NCBI GenBank assembly: GCA_900769465.1 | Contig: CAAGGT010000154.1 | Location: 12,144 to 76,143 of the forward strand | Direction of reading: 5' to 3' | Length of the DNA stretch: 64,000 bases | Source of the DNA: Bacteroidaceae bacterium | GTDB lineage: Bacteria > Bacteroidota > Bacteroidia > Bacteroidales > Bacteroidaceae | Shown: piece after piece, positions 28,482 to 38,273 of the stretch | How positions within the stretch are numbered: position 1 is the stretch's first letter | How the letters are laid out: every line of letters begins with the position of its first letter | Program-made: the position numbers and the translations under genes | Notes under the pieces: generated by a model | The model's input: the letters and a program-made list of their open reading frames with translations, nothing else | Database searches by the model: none | Told to the model about the DNA's origin: nothing

Positions 28482-29684
28482 ATGGGAGGAGACAAGTTAA
28501 AACGCATACTGTTCAAAGGTGACAAGGTGATATGGATTGTCTTCATCAGCCTTTGTGCCATTTCGTGGGTTGAGGTATTCAGCGCCACGAGCCGCCAGAC
28601 GTACACAAGCGGCAACTATTGGAGCCCCATCATAAAGCACACCTGCTTCCTCATAGGCGGCATATTCGTGGCGTGGTTCATACACAACCTGAAAGCACAA
28701 TGGATTGACAAGTGCAGCAAGTTCATATACTGGGCCGGAATCGTAGGACTCATATGGGCACAGGTGGCAGGCGCCAACCTGAACGGCAGCGCACGCTGGA
28801 TTAGTGTCTTTGGAATAACGTTCCAGCCTATGGAGATTGCAAAGATGGGACTGGTGATGATGACGGCAAGGATACTTGCCAGACACCAGGACGAGGAGGG
28901 GACTGACAAACAGGCTTTCTGGGAGATTGTAAAATACAGCGTTGTGCCTATAGCCTTAATTCTCAAGGAGAACCTGTCGTCGGCATTCCTGTTGACGGCA
29001 ACCATTTACCTTATGATGTTCATTGGCAGGGTACCAAAGAAACAGCTCCTGGTAACGCTTGGCGTGGGTATCGCGGCAATGGCTTTGGGACTGGCGGCAA
29101 TACTGATGACTCCGGAGAGTTTCAAGCACAACGGTTCATTCGGCAGCAAGGTCATAACATGGAAACACCGCATCATCGATGCTCTTGACTCAAGCCCTGT
29201 TACGGCAGAGGAGTATGATGAGAATGACAATGAACAGAGGACATACTCGCACATTGCCGTTGCATCGAGCCACATCATCGGTTGCGGCCCAGGCAATTCA
29301 ATACAGCGCGACTTTATCCCACACGCATACTCGGACTACATCTTTGCTGTCATAATTGAGGAGCTTGGGCTATTGGGCGCAGTTGTCGTGATGCTGCTGT
29401 ACCTGACGTTGTTGTATACCTGTGGAAAAATTGCAAAGAAATGCGACGACCCATACACCGCATTCCTGTCAATGGGCATAGGAATGATTATTGTTACGCA
29501 GGCGCTGCTGCATATGTATATATCGGTGGGCAATTTTGTGACCGGACAGCCATTGCCGCTGATGAGCCAGGGTGGAACATCATTCATCATCAACAGCGTG
29601 TACATAGGCTTCATCCTGTGCATAAGCCGCTATGCAGCACCGTCGAACGAGAAGAGGAGAACAACACAGGAAACTATTGTATAA
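28482..29684 (+). CDS. ftsW: SEDS-family peptidoglycan glycosyltransferase FtsW
   Basis: 400 aa polytopic. FQPMEIAKM and GQPLPLMSQGGTSFI motifs. Correct position in the dcw cluster. Confidence 0.9.
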   Translation: MGGDKLKRILFKGDKVIWIVFISLCAISWVEVFSATSRQTYTSGNYWSPIIKHTCFLIGGIFVAWFIHNLKAQWIDKCSKFIYWAGIVGLIWAQVAGANLNGSARWISVFGITFQPMEIAKMGLVMMTARILARHQDEEGTDKQAFWEIVKYSVVPIALILKENLSSAFLLTATIYLMMFIGRVPKKQLLVTLGVGIAAMALGLAAILMTPESFKHNGSFGSKVITWKHRIIDALDSSPVTAEEYDENDNEQRTYSHIAVASSHIIGCGPGNSIQRDFIPHAYSDYIFAVIIEELGLLGAVVVMLLYLTLLYTCGKIAKKCDDPYTAFLSMGIGMIIVTQALLHMYISVGNFVTGQPLPLMSQGGTSFIINSVYIGFILCISRYAAPSNEKRRTTQETIV

Positions 29685-29704
29685 AACCACAAAACTTTGT
29701 GTTT

Positions 29705-30838
29705 ATGAAAAAGGAGTATAGAATAATCATCAGCGGAGGAGGCACCGGAGGACACATCTTTCCGGCCCTGTCCATTGCCGATGCCATTAAGGCAAAAATG
29801 CCCGAGGCGAAGATTCTGTTCGTTGGAGCGGACAACAGGATGGAGATGCAGAGAGTACCCGAAGCAGGATATGACATTGTGGGATTGCCCATTGCCGGCT
29901 TTGACCGCAAGAACCTGCTCAAGAACATCAAAGTGGTGTGGAAAATTCTCAAGAGCCAGCGCATGGCAAGGAGAATCATCAAGGATTTTGCGCCACAGGC
30001 GGCGGTAGGTGTCGGCGGATATGCCAGCGGCCCCACATTGAAGATGGCCGCAAGCATGGGCATACCTACACTCATACAGGAGCAGAACTCATACGCGGGC
30101 GTAACGAACAAGATTCTCTCGAAACAGGCAAAGATGATTTGCGTGGCATATGACGGGATGGAGCGTTTCTTCCCGGCCGACAAGATAAAGTTCACAGGCA
30201 ACCCGGTGCGCAAGAATCTGCTTGAGATGCGTGCGAACCGCGAGGTGGCAATGAAGGCAATGAACCTCGACAGCAACAGGAAGTGTGTACTCATTGTCGG
30301 TGGCAGCCTGGGTGCGCGCAGCATAAACGAAGGCATTATGGCAAGCATTGGGCAGATAAAGGAGAACAAGGATATACAGTTCATCTGGCAGACAGGAAAG
30401 CTCTACTTCGAAGAGATGAAGAGAAGGGCCGATGAGGCCGGGAAGCCCGAGAACCTGACAATTACTGATTTCGTATCCAACATGGGTGACGCTTTGAGCG
30501 CGGCCGACCTTGTGGTATCACGTGCCGGCGCAGGCTCAATATCGGAATTCGCCCTGCTTGGAAAGGCTGTCATTCTGGTACCATCGCCCAATGTATCGGA
30601 AGACCACCAGACAAAGAACGCCATGGCACTTGTTGATAAGGATGCCGCAATATATGTTGCCGATGCGAACGTGAAGGAAGAACTCATTGCAAAGGCTGTG
30701 GAGACAGTAAATGACGGAGCGAAGATTGCACAGCTCGAGAAAAACATCGTTAAGATGGGCAAGCCCAATGCTGCAAGCGAGATTGCCGATGAGGTGCTGC
30801 TGCTTGCCGAGGCGTATATGAAGAACGGGAAAAAGTGA
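29705..30838 (+). CDS. murG: undecaprenyldiphospho-muramoylpentapeptide beta-N-acetylglucosaminyltransferase
   Basis: Start chosen at the ATG at 29705 (MKKEYRIIISGGGTGGHIFPALSIA). The track start at 29441 lies inside ftsW. Confidence 0.93.
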   Translation: MKKEYRIIISGGGTGGHIFPALSIADAIKAKMPEAKILFVGADNRMEMQRVPEAGYDIVGLPIAGFDRKNLLKNIKVVWKILKSQRMARRIIKDFAPQAAVGVGGYASGPTLKMAASMGIPTLIQEQNSYAGVTNKILSKQAKMICVAYDGMERFFPADKIKFTGNPVRKNLLEMRANREVAMKAMNLDSNRKCVLIVGGSLGARSINEGIMASIGQIKENKDIQFIWQTGKLYFEEMKRRADEAGKPENLTITDFVSNMGDALSAADLVVSRAGAGSISEFALLGKAVILVPSPNVSEDHQTKNAMALVDKDAAIYVADANVKEELIAKAVETVNDGAKIAQLEKNIVKMGKPNAASEIADEVLLLAEAYMKNGKK

Positions 30839-30850
30839 TTTGTAGGAGAA

Positions 30851-32233
30851 ATGGAACTGAAGGATATTAAATCGGTATATTTTCTGGGTGCCGGCGGCAT
30901 TGGCATGAGCGCACTGGTGAGATATTTTCTGCGTGAAGGGAAATTCGTGGGCGGATATGACCGCACACCAAGCGAACTCACCGACAAACTCATTGAGGAG
31001 GGCGCACTGCTCCACTTTGAGGAAAACACAGACCTTGTCCCGGCCGAGTGCAAGGACCCGGCATCGACACTTGTCGTGTACACCCCCGCAATACCGGCCG
31101 ACCACAAGGAGTGGAGCCTGTTCAGGGATGGTGGATTCACCATCAAGAAGAGAGCCGAGGTGCTTGGCATAATCACAAAAGGGAAACGTGGCGTATGCGC
31201 TGCCGGAACACACGGCAAGACAACCACTTCTACAATGACCGCGCACCTGTTGCGCTGTTCGGCTGTGGATTGTGCGGCGTTCCTGGGCGGTATATCAAAG
31301 AACTACGGGAGCAACCTGCTCACAACGGACAAGAGTGACCTCGTGGTCATTGAAGCCGACGAGTATGACCGCTCGTTCCTGCATCTGCAACCATACGTGG
31401 CGACAATAACATCGGCCGACCCAGACCATCTGGACATATATGGCAACAAGGAGAACTACCTTGAGGCATTCGCGCAGTTCACCGAGAGGATACGCGAGGA
31501 CGGATTCCTTATTATACACGAGGGGCTCGAGGTGAAGCCACGCACAAAAGCAGGGGTAAAGGTCTATACATACGGCCGCGGAGAGGGTGATTTCCACGCA
31601 GAGAACATACGCATCGGTGGTGGCAGGATCATATTCGACTATGTGTCGCCGTGGCAAAGGGTTGAGGATGTGGAACTGGGCGTACCAATGAGCATAAACA
31701 TTGAAAACGGCATAGCATCAATGGCTATGGCTGAGATTTGTGGCGCTACGGCAGAGGAGCTTAAAGAGGGTATGAAAAGCTTTGCCGGTGCAGAACGCCG
31801 GTTCGATTTCCACATAAAGGAGGAGAACCTGGTACTCATAAGCGACTATGCCCACCACCCCGACGAGGTGCGTGCCTGCGCAAGGTCAATAAAGGAGCTG
31901 TACAGCGACAAGAAGGTGACGGTGCTTTTCCAGCCCCACCTCTTCAGCCGCACTGCCGACTTTTACAAGGAGTTTGCCGAGAGCCTGTCGCTGTTTGACA
32001 AGGTGATATTGGTTGACATATATCCCGCAAGGGAGAAACCAATCCCGGGTGTCACAAGCAAGCTCATATATGACCACCTCGAAGCCGGAGTGGAGAAGGA
32101 TATGTGTAGCCGTGCCGGCGTGTTGGAGTGTGTTGAAAAGGAGAAGAACGGGATTGAGATTCTTGTATCACTGGGAGCAGGAGATATTGAGAACGAAATT
32201 GCAGAGATTAAAAGGATTTTGAAGAACAGATAA
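30851..32233 (+). CDS. murC: UDP-N-acetylmuramate--L-alanine ligase
   Basis: 460 aa. GAGGIGMSAL and AAGTHGKTTTS motifs. Confidence 0.93.
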   Translation: MELKDIKSVYFLGAGGIGMSALVRYFLREGKFVGGYDRTPSELTDKLIEEGALLHFEENTDLVPAECKDPASTLVVYTPAIPADHKEWSLFRDGGFTIKKRAEVLGIITKGKRGVCAAGTHGKTTTSTMTAHLLRCSAVDCAAFLGGISKNYGSNLLTTDKSDLVVIEADEYDRSFLHLQPYVATITSADPDHLDIYGNKENYLEAFAQFTERIREDGFLIIHEGLEVKPRTKAGVKVYTYGRGEGDFHAENIRIGGGRIIFDYVSPWQRVEDVELGVPMSINIENGIASMAMAEICGATAEELKEGMKSFAGAERRFDFHIKEENLVLISDYAHHPDEVRACARSIKELYSDKKVTVLFQPHLFSRTADFYKEFAESLSLFDKVILVDIYPAREKPIPGVTSKLIYDHLEAGVEKDMCSRAGVLECVEKEKNGIEILVSLGAGDIENEIAEIKRILKNR

Positions 32234-32967
32234 TGCTGAAGAAGATTCTGAAATATATCTTAGCCATAGCTATACTGTGCTATCTGGCCTTTGCCTTTGT
32301 CATAGTCCCATTGCAGAAGGACAATGACAGTTGCAGGGGTGTGGCCATACAGATAACCAACAACAGGTTGGGCACCATCAGCAACGATGACATTGTGGAT
32401 ATGCTCAGGGATGGCGAGCTTTATCCCGAGGGTGAAAACTTCGACAGCATCAGCTGCAGCAGAATTGAAGAGTACATAAAGACTCTGTCATTGATAAAGG
32501 AGTGCCAGGTATACAAGACTAACGGGAAAAAGATAAGGATTGATGTCATTTGCCGCGAACCGGTGCTAAAGGTCTTTGACAAGACCGGAGCGACATATTA
32601 TGTGGATGTTGAAGGGCAGAAGATTGACGACATAAAAAGACCGTTGCTGCTGCCGGTAGCATCGGGGGAGATTGATGACAGCATGATAGGCAAGGAACTG
32701 AAGAACATTGTACTGGCCATTGAGAAAGCCCCCTTCTGGATAGCACAGATTGAACAGATATATTTCAACGACAGGAAGGAAGCCATTATCACTCCCAGAA
32801 TGGGTGACCACACAATTGAACTCGGAAGCACAAAGGATATCGACAAGAAACTTGAGAGCATAGAAGCGTTCTACTTTAAAGGACTGAACACTGTCGGATG
32901 GGACAAATACAGCAAACTGAATATAAAGATCAGCAACAAAGTCATTTGCACAAAAAGGGAAAAATAG
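32233..32967 (+). CDS. ftsQ: FtsQ-like cell division protein
   Basis: 244 aa. N-terminal TM helix (ILAIAILCYLAFAFVIV), then a POTRA-like region. Lies between murC and ftsA, with a TAATG overlap with murC. Confidence 0.7.
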   Translation: MLKKILKYILAIAILCYLAFAFVIVPLQKDNDSCRGVAIQITNNRLGTISNDDIVDMLRDGELYPEGENFDSISCSRIEEYIKTLSLIKECQVYKTNGKKIRIDVICREPVLKVFDKTGATYYVDVEGQKIDDIKRPLLLPVASGEIDDSMIGKELKNIVLAIEKAPFWIAQIEQIYFNDRKEAIITPRMGDHTIELGSTKDIDKKLESIEAFYFKGLNTVGWDKYSKLNIKISNKVICTKREK

Positions 32968-32969
32968 AT

Positions 32970-34418
32970 ATGGGAAATACCTATTACATTGTAGCCATAG
33001 AGGTCAGCTCCTCAAAGATTTCGGGAGCAGTGGGAATAGAGACCACAGAGGGTATGAGAATACTGTCCACCGCAAGCATTGAGGTTGACGGTTTCGTCTC
33101 AAAAGGCATAGTACGCAATGTCGACAAGACAAGCGAGGCGATAACAAGCATCATCAATATGCTTGAGAACGACCTGAAGGATGTCGTCATAAAAAAGGCG
33201 TACATCTCATTTGCCGGACTCAGTGTACACAGCATCAAGTCAAAGGTGAGCCGTGGATTCGGTGAATACATAAAGATTACACAGGATATCATCGATGGCA
33301 TGGAGTGCGAGAACAAGGAGACATTCCAGACACCCGACGGCTACAAGAGACTGCAGGTTGACACGCAGGAGTACCGTTTCGAGGGCAACGTGGACTACAA
33401 CCCCATTGGCGCACCCACACAGTTCATTGAGTGCAACTACCTGAACATCCTGATGAAGGAGCAGTTCTACAAGCAACTGTGCGACAGCTTCAAACAGGCC
33501 GACATTGAGATTGAGGAGTGCATATGCGCCGCCCGCCTCGATGCCGACATCCTGCTCTCGAGCGACCTGCGCCGCAATGGTTGCGCACTTGTAAATATCG
33601 GAGCTGAGACAACGACAATATCCATTTACTGCAACGACAAGCCAAAGATGCTCACCGTTCTGCCGCTTGGCAGCAACAACATCACACGCGACCTCACAGC
33701 AGAACGCATATCGTATGCACAGGCCGAGGAGATCAAGATTATACGCGGTTATAAATCTGCGGGCAGCGAGAGCGACGGCATTGACAGCGTGACGGTAGAC
33801 AACATCATCAATGCCCGTATGGGAGAGATTTTGAAGAATGTACGCTACCAGATTGAGGAGTCTGGCGAGAGAGTGCAGCACATTGTATTCACCGGCGGCG
33901 GTTCAAAGTTGAAAAATCTGAAACTGCTGTTTGAAGAGTACCTGCCCAACTTCAGCACCGACATAAAGCCCGAACCACAGCTAAACCTCATAAGCGAAAG
34001 CGGAATAAACGTGAACGGAGTAATCACCACCGCACTCTACGGTCTCTTGAAACAGGGCAAGGCAAACTGCTGCGAAGACCTACTCTCCCCCGCACAACAA
34101 GCTGCACAACAGAACGGGCAACTCTTCTTTGCAGATGAAACAATGGAAGAGATTGAGGAGCGGATTGATGACCGCAAGACAGAAGAGGAGGACTTGAAAG
34201 CCAAAGAAGAAGAGGAAAGACTGAAAAAAGAGGAAGAAAAGAAGAAAAAGGAGGAAGAGAAAAAGAGGCGAGAGGAAGAAAAGAGAAGAAAGAGGGAGGA
34301 AAAGAGAAGTGGATGGGGCCGCAATATCGGCAACCTGTTCCAGGAGTGGTTGACCAACGTGACGACAGACCCCGAAGAAGAGAACAACAGTGAAGAACAA
34401 AAGGACGAGGACAAATAA
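32970..34418 (+). CDS. ftsA: cell division protein FtsA with long Lys/Glu-rich C-terminal linker
   Basis: Start chosen at the ATG at 32970 (MGNTYYIVAIEVSSSKISGAVG). Actin/HSP70-fold pattern (GAETTTISIY, FTGGGSKLKNL). KE-rich tail, then the amphipathic segment WGRNIGNLFQEWL. Confidence 0.9.
   Translation: MGNTYYIVAIEVSSSKISGAVGIETTEGMRILSTASIEVDGFVSKGIVRNVDKTSEAITSIINMLENDLKDVVIKKAYISFAGLSVHSIKSKVSRGFGEYIKITQDIIDGMECENKETFQTPDGYKRLQVDTQEYRFEGNVDYNPIGAPTQFIECNYLNILMKEQFYKQLCDSFKQADIEIEECICAARLDADILLSSDLRRNGCALVNIGAETTTISIYCNDKPKMLTVLPLGSNNITRDLTAERISYAQAEEIKIIRGYKSAGSESDGIDSVTVDNIINARMGEILKNVRYQIEESGERVQHIVFTGGGSKLKNLKLLFEEYLPNFSTDIKPEPQLNLISESGINVNGVITTALYGLLKQGKANCCEDLLSPAQQAAQQNGQLFFADETMEEIEERIDDRKTEEEDLKAKEEEERLKKEEEKKKKEEEKKRREEEKRRKREEKRSGWGRNIGNLFQEWLTNVTTDPEEENNSEEQKDEDK
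34203..34309 (+). repeat. polypurine low-complexity tract (encodes the FtsA K/E-rich linker)
   Basis: ~107 nt with only 3 pyrimidines by my count. Pure-purine runs of 46 nt (34223-34268) and 40 nt (34270-34309). Confidence 0.8.
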
Positions 34419-34431
34419 ATGATACAAGAGT

Positions 34432-35802
34432 ATGGAAATTAAAGAACCAGTAAGACAGAACTTGCCATTTGCAATACCGACAGATGCGCCAAGAATAATA
34501 AAGGTCATTGGTGTGGGAGGCGGTGGCAGCAACGCCGTACAGAATATGTACCGAAAAGGCATACACAATGTATCATTTGCGGTATGTAACACCGACCTGC
34601 AGGCAATGCAGAACTCACCGATACCAAAGAAGGTGCAGCTGGGCCTTGAGATAACCGAAGGACTTGGTGCCGGCAACGACCCCGAGGTAGCACGCAAGGC
34701 TGCCGAGGAGAGCCGCGAGGAGATTGAGAAACTCTTCAACGACGGTACAAAGATGGCATTCATCACAGCCGGTATGGGTGGTGGAACAGGAACAGGCGCC
34801 GCACCGGTTGTTGCCGAGATTGCACGCAACAAGGGTATATTGACCGTGGGTATCGTGACCATCCCGTTCAAGTTCGAGATGGCTGGAAAAATCAAACAGG
34901 CGCTGCGTGGTGTCATCGAGATATCGAAGCACGTTGATGCCCTGCTTGTCATCAACAACCAGCGACTCATTGACATGTTCCCCAAGATATCGGTTTCCGA
35001 GGGGTTCAAGAAGGTGGACGAAGTGCTTACCACTGCAACAAAGAGTATTGCCGAGATAATCACAGCACGCGGAGATATTAACCTTGACTTCCGCGACGTG
35101 AAGAAGATTCTGAAGAACGGTGGCGTAGCCATAATGAGCTATGGCATTGAGAGCGGAGAGAAGCGCGTGGAACGTGCCTTCTACAAAGCGCTCCACTCAC
35201 CACTGCTCAACAACAACGACATACACAAGTCGAAAAAGATTCTTTTCAACATTTACGAGAACCCCAATACCCCTATTCTCGTTGAAGAGATGGGCGAGGT
35301 AAATACCTTTATGTCGCAATTCACGAATGAGAACATTGAGGTTATCTGGGGTTACAGCAAGGACAACAGCCTTGAAGATGGCCAAGTGAAGGTAACCGTG
35401 CTTGCATCGGGCTTCGGAATGAAGAATATCCCAGACATGGAGCCCGAGGTGAAAGCCATTGAGCTTGAAGAGAAGGTGCTTACACAACAGGAACAGGCAA
35501 GGATTGACAAGGAGAACGAGAAGCTTGACCAGATGGCGAGCGTCCTGTACAAGCCCGACTACAAGATGTACATCTTCAAAGGCGACGAGATGTACAACGA
35601 GGAGTTCCTTGCAGCACTTGACAACTCACCCACATACCGCCGAACCGCACAGGACCTGGAGAGGATGGTTGCCATCTTGGGCAATGAGAGCATCAGCTGT
35701 TTGCCCGACGAGGAGATGAATGACAACAGCACAGACGTGCAGGATGAAGATGATGACGAGGAGAGCCTCGGCAACACCGTCTTTCACAACGAGTTTGAAT
35801 GA
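34432..35802 (+). CDS. ftsZ: cell division GTPase FtsZ
   Basis: 456 aa. GVGGGGSNAV and the tubulin signature GGGTGTGAAPV. Long variable acidic C-terminal region. Confidence 0.97.
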   Translation: MEIKEPVRQNLPFAIPTDAPRIIKVIGVGGGGSNAVQNMYRKGIHNVSFAVCNTDLQAMQNSPIPKKVQLGLEITEGLGAGNDPEVARKAAEESREEIEKLFNDGTKMAFITAGMGGGTGTGAAPVVAEIARNKGILTVGIVTIPFKFEMAGKIKQALRGVIEISKHVDALLVINNQRLIDMFPKISVSEGFKKVDEVLTTATKSIAEIITARGDINLDFRDVKKILKNGGVAIMSYGIESGEKRVERAFYKALHSPLLNNNDIHKSKKILFNIYENPNTPILVEEMGEVNTFMSQFTNENIEVIWGYSKDNSLEDGQVKVTVLASGFGMKNIPDMEPEVKAIELEEKVLTQQEQARIDKENEKLDQMASVLYKPDYKMYIFKGDEMYNEEFLAALDNSPTYRRTAQDLERMVAILGNESISCLPDEEMNDNSTDVQDEDDDEESLGNTVFHNEFE

Positions 35803-35836
35803 ATGAAAAGAATATAAACCACCAAAAAGGAATATT

Positions 35837-36289
35837 ATGGATTTGTTTGACATTATCAGCAACGATATCAAGGAGGCGATGAAAGCCAAAGACAAGATCG
35901 CACTTGACACACTGCGTAACATAAAAAAAGTTCTTCTGGAGGCAAAGACCGCACCGGGAGCCGGCGACACCGTAAGTGACGACACCGCAATAAAAATCAT
36001 ACAGAAACTGGTGAAACAGGGCAAGGAATCGGCCGAGCTTTACCAGAGCCAGAACCGTCCCGAACTTGCACAGGAGGAGCTTGCGCAGGTTGAGGTCATG
36101 TCAAAGTACCTACCAAAGCAGATGAGCGAGAAAGAGGTGACTGCTGTACTAAAGGAGATAATTGCACAGGTGGGAGCGACAGGTCCGCAGGAGATGGGCA
36201 AGGTTATGGGAGTTGCCACAAAGCAGCTTGCAGGCAAGGCTGAAGGAAAGACCATATCGGCCATTGTAAGACAATTGTTGGCTAATTAA
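35837..36289 (+). CDS. GatB/YqeY domain-containing protein
   Basis: 150 aa. DIKEAMKAKDK..L.TLRNIK and the KYLPKQMSEKEV...GKVMG pattern typical of YqeY. Confidence 0.85.
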   Translation: MDLFDIISNDIKEAMKAKDKIALDTLRNIKKVLLEAKTAPGAGDTVSDDTAIKIIQKLVKQGKESAELYQSQNRPELAQEELAQVEVMSKYLPKQMSEKEVTAVLKEIIAQVGATGPQEMGKVMGVATKQLAGKAEGKTISAIVRQLLAN

Positions 36290-37011
36290 TCGAACAGTTC
36301 GCGCAGGACAGCTGCCGATTTCAGTTCCGGGAATTCAGGAATATGCAGTCGGTAATAGAGAGAAAGGGTTGCGAGGTATTCACCTCGCAACTTTCTGTTT
36401 AATGAAAGCTGATGCATTGTATCATATCCTGTACGCAGCAATCCCACGAAAAAGAGAGCGGAATCGGACGGCAGGAAATTAGGGTGCGCGGGATGCTCAC
36501 TCACGGCACAACCCTGTACAAGATCAAAATGACAACCCGGCGCATAGCCTTCGAGGTTGGGATATATACCCAGGAAACGCAACAGCTGCACCATGAAGAC
36601 AAGATGAAAGTCGGCATATCCCCGTTCTAGATTGTCAAAGAGCGTGAACGAACGCTCCAGAAATGCAAAGAGGGAAGCGTCGCTGCCATCCTCGCGCAAG
36701 GAATACGTCAGCAACTCTGCAAGATAGAGCGCAATGGATGATTTTACTACATCGTTGGGGATTGAGGAGTAGATAAGGCTTGGCTGCACATCGCCGATGC
36801 GCGAAAGGTTGCTCCCGACCTTTACATTGGCGGTGAACGAAAGCATTGACAGCGGTTGGAACAGGACACTGCGCACCCTGCCGCGCTTGCTGTGCGACAC
36901 CGGCACAAGGAACGACATCCTGCCGCGTTGCGCGGTATACACGTCGGCTATCATAAGCCCGTCGTTATACTTGAGTGTACGCAAAACAATACCTTCAAAT
37001 TTCTCTATCAT
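36286..37011 (-). CDS. recO: DNA repair protein RecO
   Basis: 241 aa. N-terminal OB-fold pattern (GIVLRTLKYNDGLMIADVYT..GRMSFLV) typical of RecO. Its stop overlaps the yqeY-like stop (TTAA). Confidence 0.8.
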   Translation of the reverse strand: MIEKFEGIVLRTLKYNDGLMIADVYTAQRGRMSFLVPVSHSKRGRVRSVLFQPLSMLSFTANVKVGSNLSRIGDVQPSLIYSSIPNDVVKSSIALYLAELLTYSLREDGSDASLFAFLERSFTLFDNLERGYADFHLVFMVQLLRFLGIYPNLEGYAPGCHFDLVQGCAVSEHPAHPNFLPSDSALFFVGLLRTGYDTMHQLSLNRKLRGEYLATLSLYYRLHIPEFPELKSAAVLRELFD

Positions 37012-37063
37012 ATAACTACGACAATAAATTACAAGGCAAAACTATAAAAAATTCCTCAAATTG

Positions 37064-37094
37064 TTTGCCAATTCAAAAAAAGGTTTTACCTTTG
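37064..37094 (+). promoter_or_regulatory. Bacteroidota-type promoter (TTTG-N19-TAccTTTG) upstream of tRNA-Glu
   Basis: TTTG at 37064-37067 and TACCTTTG at 37087-37094, with a 19-nt spacer. Confidence 0.55.
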
Positions 37095-37156
37095 CACTCG
37101 CTTTTGACCCCTAAAAGGTCGGAGCCCAATCCTCAAAAGGGATTTCATCCAAGGAT

Positions 37157-37228
37157 GGCCCATTCGTCTATCGGCTAGGACGCAAGATTTTCATTCTTGA
37201 AAGAGGGGTTCGATTCCCCTATGGGCTA
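37157..37228 (+). tRNA. tRNA-Glu (anticodon UUC)
   Basis: Hand-folded cloverleaf. Acceptor GGCCCAT/ATGGGCT, anticodon stem CAAGA/TCTTG with loop TT-TTC-AT, T-arm GGGGTTCGATTCCCC, discriminator A. Confidence 0.9.
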
Positions 37229-37257
37229 CAATTAAAACTAAAAACATTATTAAAGAG

Positions 37258-37512
37258 ATGGCAAATCACAAATCATCACTTAAGAGAATCAGACAAACAG
37301 AAAAGAGAAATCTTTTGAACCGTTATTTGGGTAAGAATATGCGTTCTGCAGTTCGTGGCTTGCGCGCTATCAACGACAAGAACGAAGCTTTGGCAAAGTT
37401 CCCCGAGGTACAGAAGATGCTTGACAGAATGGCTAAGCGTGGTCTCATCCACAAGAACAAGGCTGCAAACCTCAAGTCAGGTCTTTGCGCTAAAATTGCA
37501 AAATTAGCCTAA
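37258..37512 (+). CDS. rpsT: 30S ribosomal protein S20
   Basis: 84 aa. [22 protein letters not shown] is the canonical S20 N-terminus. Confidence 0.95.
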   Translation: MANHKSSLKRIRQTEKRNLLNRYLGKNMRSAVRGLRAINDKNEALAKFPEVQKMLDRMAKRGLIHKNKAANLKSGLCAKIAKLA

Positions 37513-37535
37513 TTTTTTAACAAATATATTTACCT

Positions 37536-37569
37536 GCGAAAAGGCTGGATTTTCATCCAGCCTTTTCGC
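37536..37569 (+). terminator. intrinsic terminator after rpsT
   Basis: GCGAAAAGGCTGGAT-tttc-ATCCAGCCTTTTCGC perfect 15-bp stem. Confidence 0.7.
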
Positions 37570-37691
37570 CTTTACGCTTATTCAAAGTACCCAAGCATAA
37601 TTCTATCAAGTTTGGGACTCACCTGTAAAGTCTGGGGGAGCTGTCTATTAATGTCCCCTATAGTGGCTGAACCGCACATTTCGGAGAGAGA

Positions 37692-38246
37692 ATGACTACA
37701 CCTCCAGCCGACTACAGTGTGCTGGAACAGAGCGCAAACAACTACAACAATGCCGGCGGCGAATGTGACGGCATCATGCTCCACTATGCCGATGAGAATT
37801 TCACATTCAGAAAGGGAGCAAACCGTTTCTACGTATATTTCACTGACAAACCTAACCAACCTGGACGCGACTACAGATGGTCTGTTTTGTCAGTGGACAA
37901 ACAATCAGAGCACTACAACTGGGATGCCTCAAAGGGTGTCATCTACACAGTATTCAGCGATGAGTATTCATCACCTGAAAATTGGACAGACTGGGGATAC
38001 AATGAAAACCCATACCTCTTCTCGGAATACACAGGCGGTACAATCTTGACCACAGGCAGCGATTTCGACATCAACCTTGACGAGCTGCCCATAACAGGCG
38101 CCATCACACAATCGTTTGTATTCACATTCAATATAACACCGGACCTGGTTGCCGGCAACGAATACGACGTTGTGATAACCATCTACTACCCCGACGGTTC
38201 AATTGCATCAGTACACAGATATGAAAATATCAAATTCATAAATTAA
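37692..38246 (+). CDS. hypothetical protein, no signal peptide (orphan or possible gene remnant)
   Basis: 184-aa ORF with its own downstream terminator. An in-frame TGA sits 7 codons upstream of the ATG. I recognised no family, and the composition (Y/N/D/T-rich) resembles a beta-rich extracellular domain. Confidence 0.45.
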   Translation: MTTPPADYSVLEQSANNYNNAGGECDGIMLHYADENFTFRKGANRFYVYFTDKPNQPGRDYRWSVLSVDKQSEHYNWDASKGVIYTVFSDEYSSPENWTDWGYNENPYLFSEYTGGTILTTGSDFDINLDELPITGAITQSFVFTFNITPDLVAGNEYDVVITIYYPDGSIASVHRYENIKFIN

Positions 38247-38273
38247 CGGCAAGAACGCCATACAAAAAACACA

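Noticed and set aside
34024-35132. Antisense ORFs of 350, 180 and 125 aa across the ftsA 3' end and ftsZ
   Set aside because: They run through the polypurine tract, giving Ser/Phe/Leu low-complexity translations, and through the highly conserved ftsZ. They have no start context or motifs.
20385-35802. Absence of murF and ddl from the dcw cluster
   Set aside because: This gene order is, to my knowledge, the normal Bacteroidales arrangement, so it is not an anomaly.
36286-36289. Convergent yqeY-like and recO stop codons overlapping (TTAA) with no terminator between them
   Set aside because: It is real in the sequence, but a 4-nt convergent overlap is common in compact genomes, and I see no structure suggesting special regulation.
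37578-37859. 93-aa minus-strand ORF overlapping the start of the orphan ORF, and small ORFs at 38243..38494 (-) and 38287..38478 (+)
   Set aside because: They overlap terminators and promoter regions, have no motifs, and are shorter and less coherent than the plus-strand reading.
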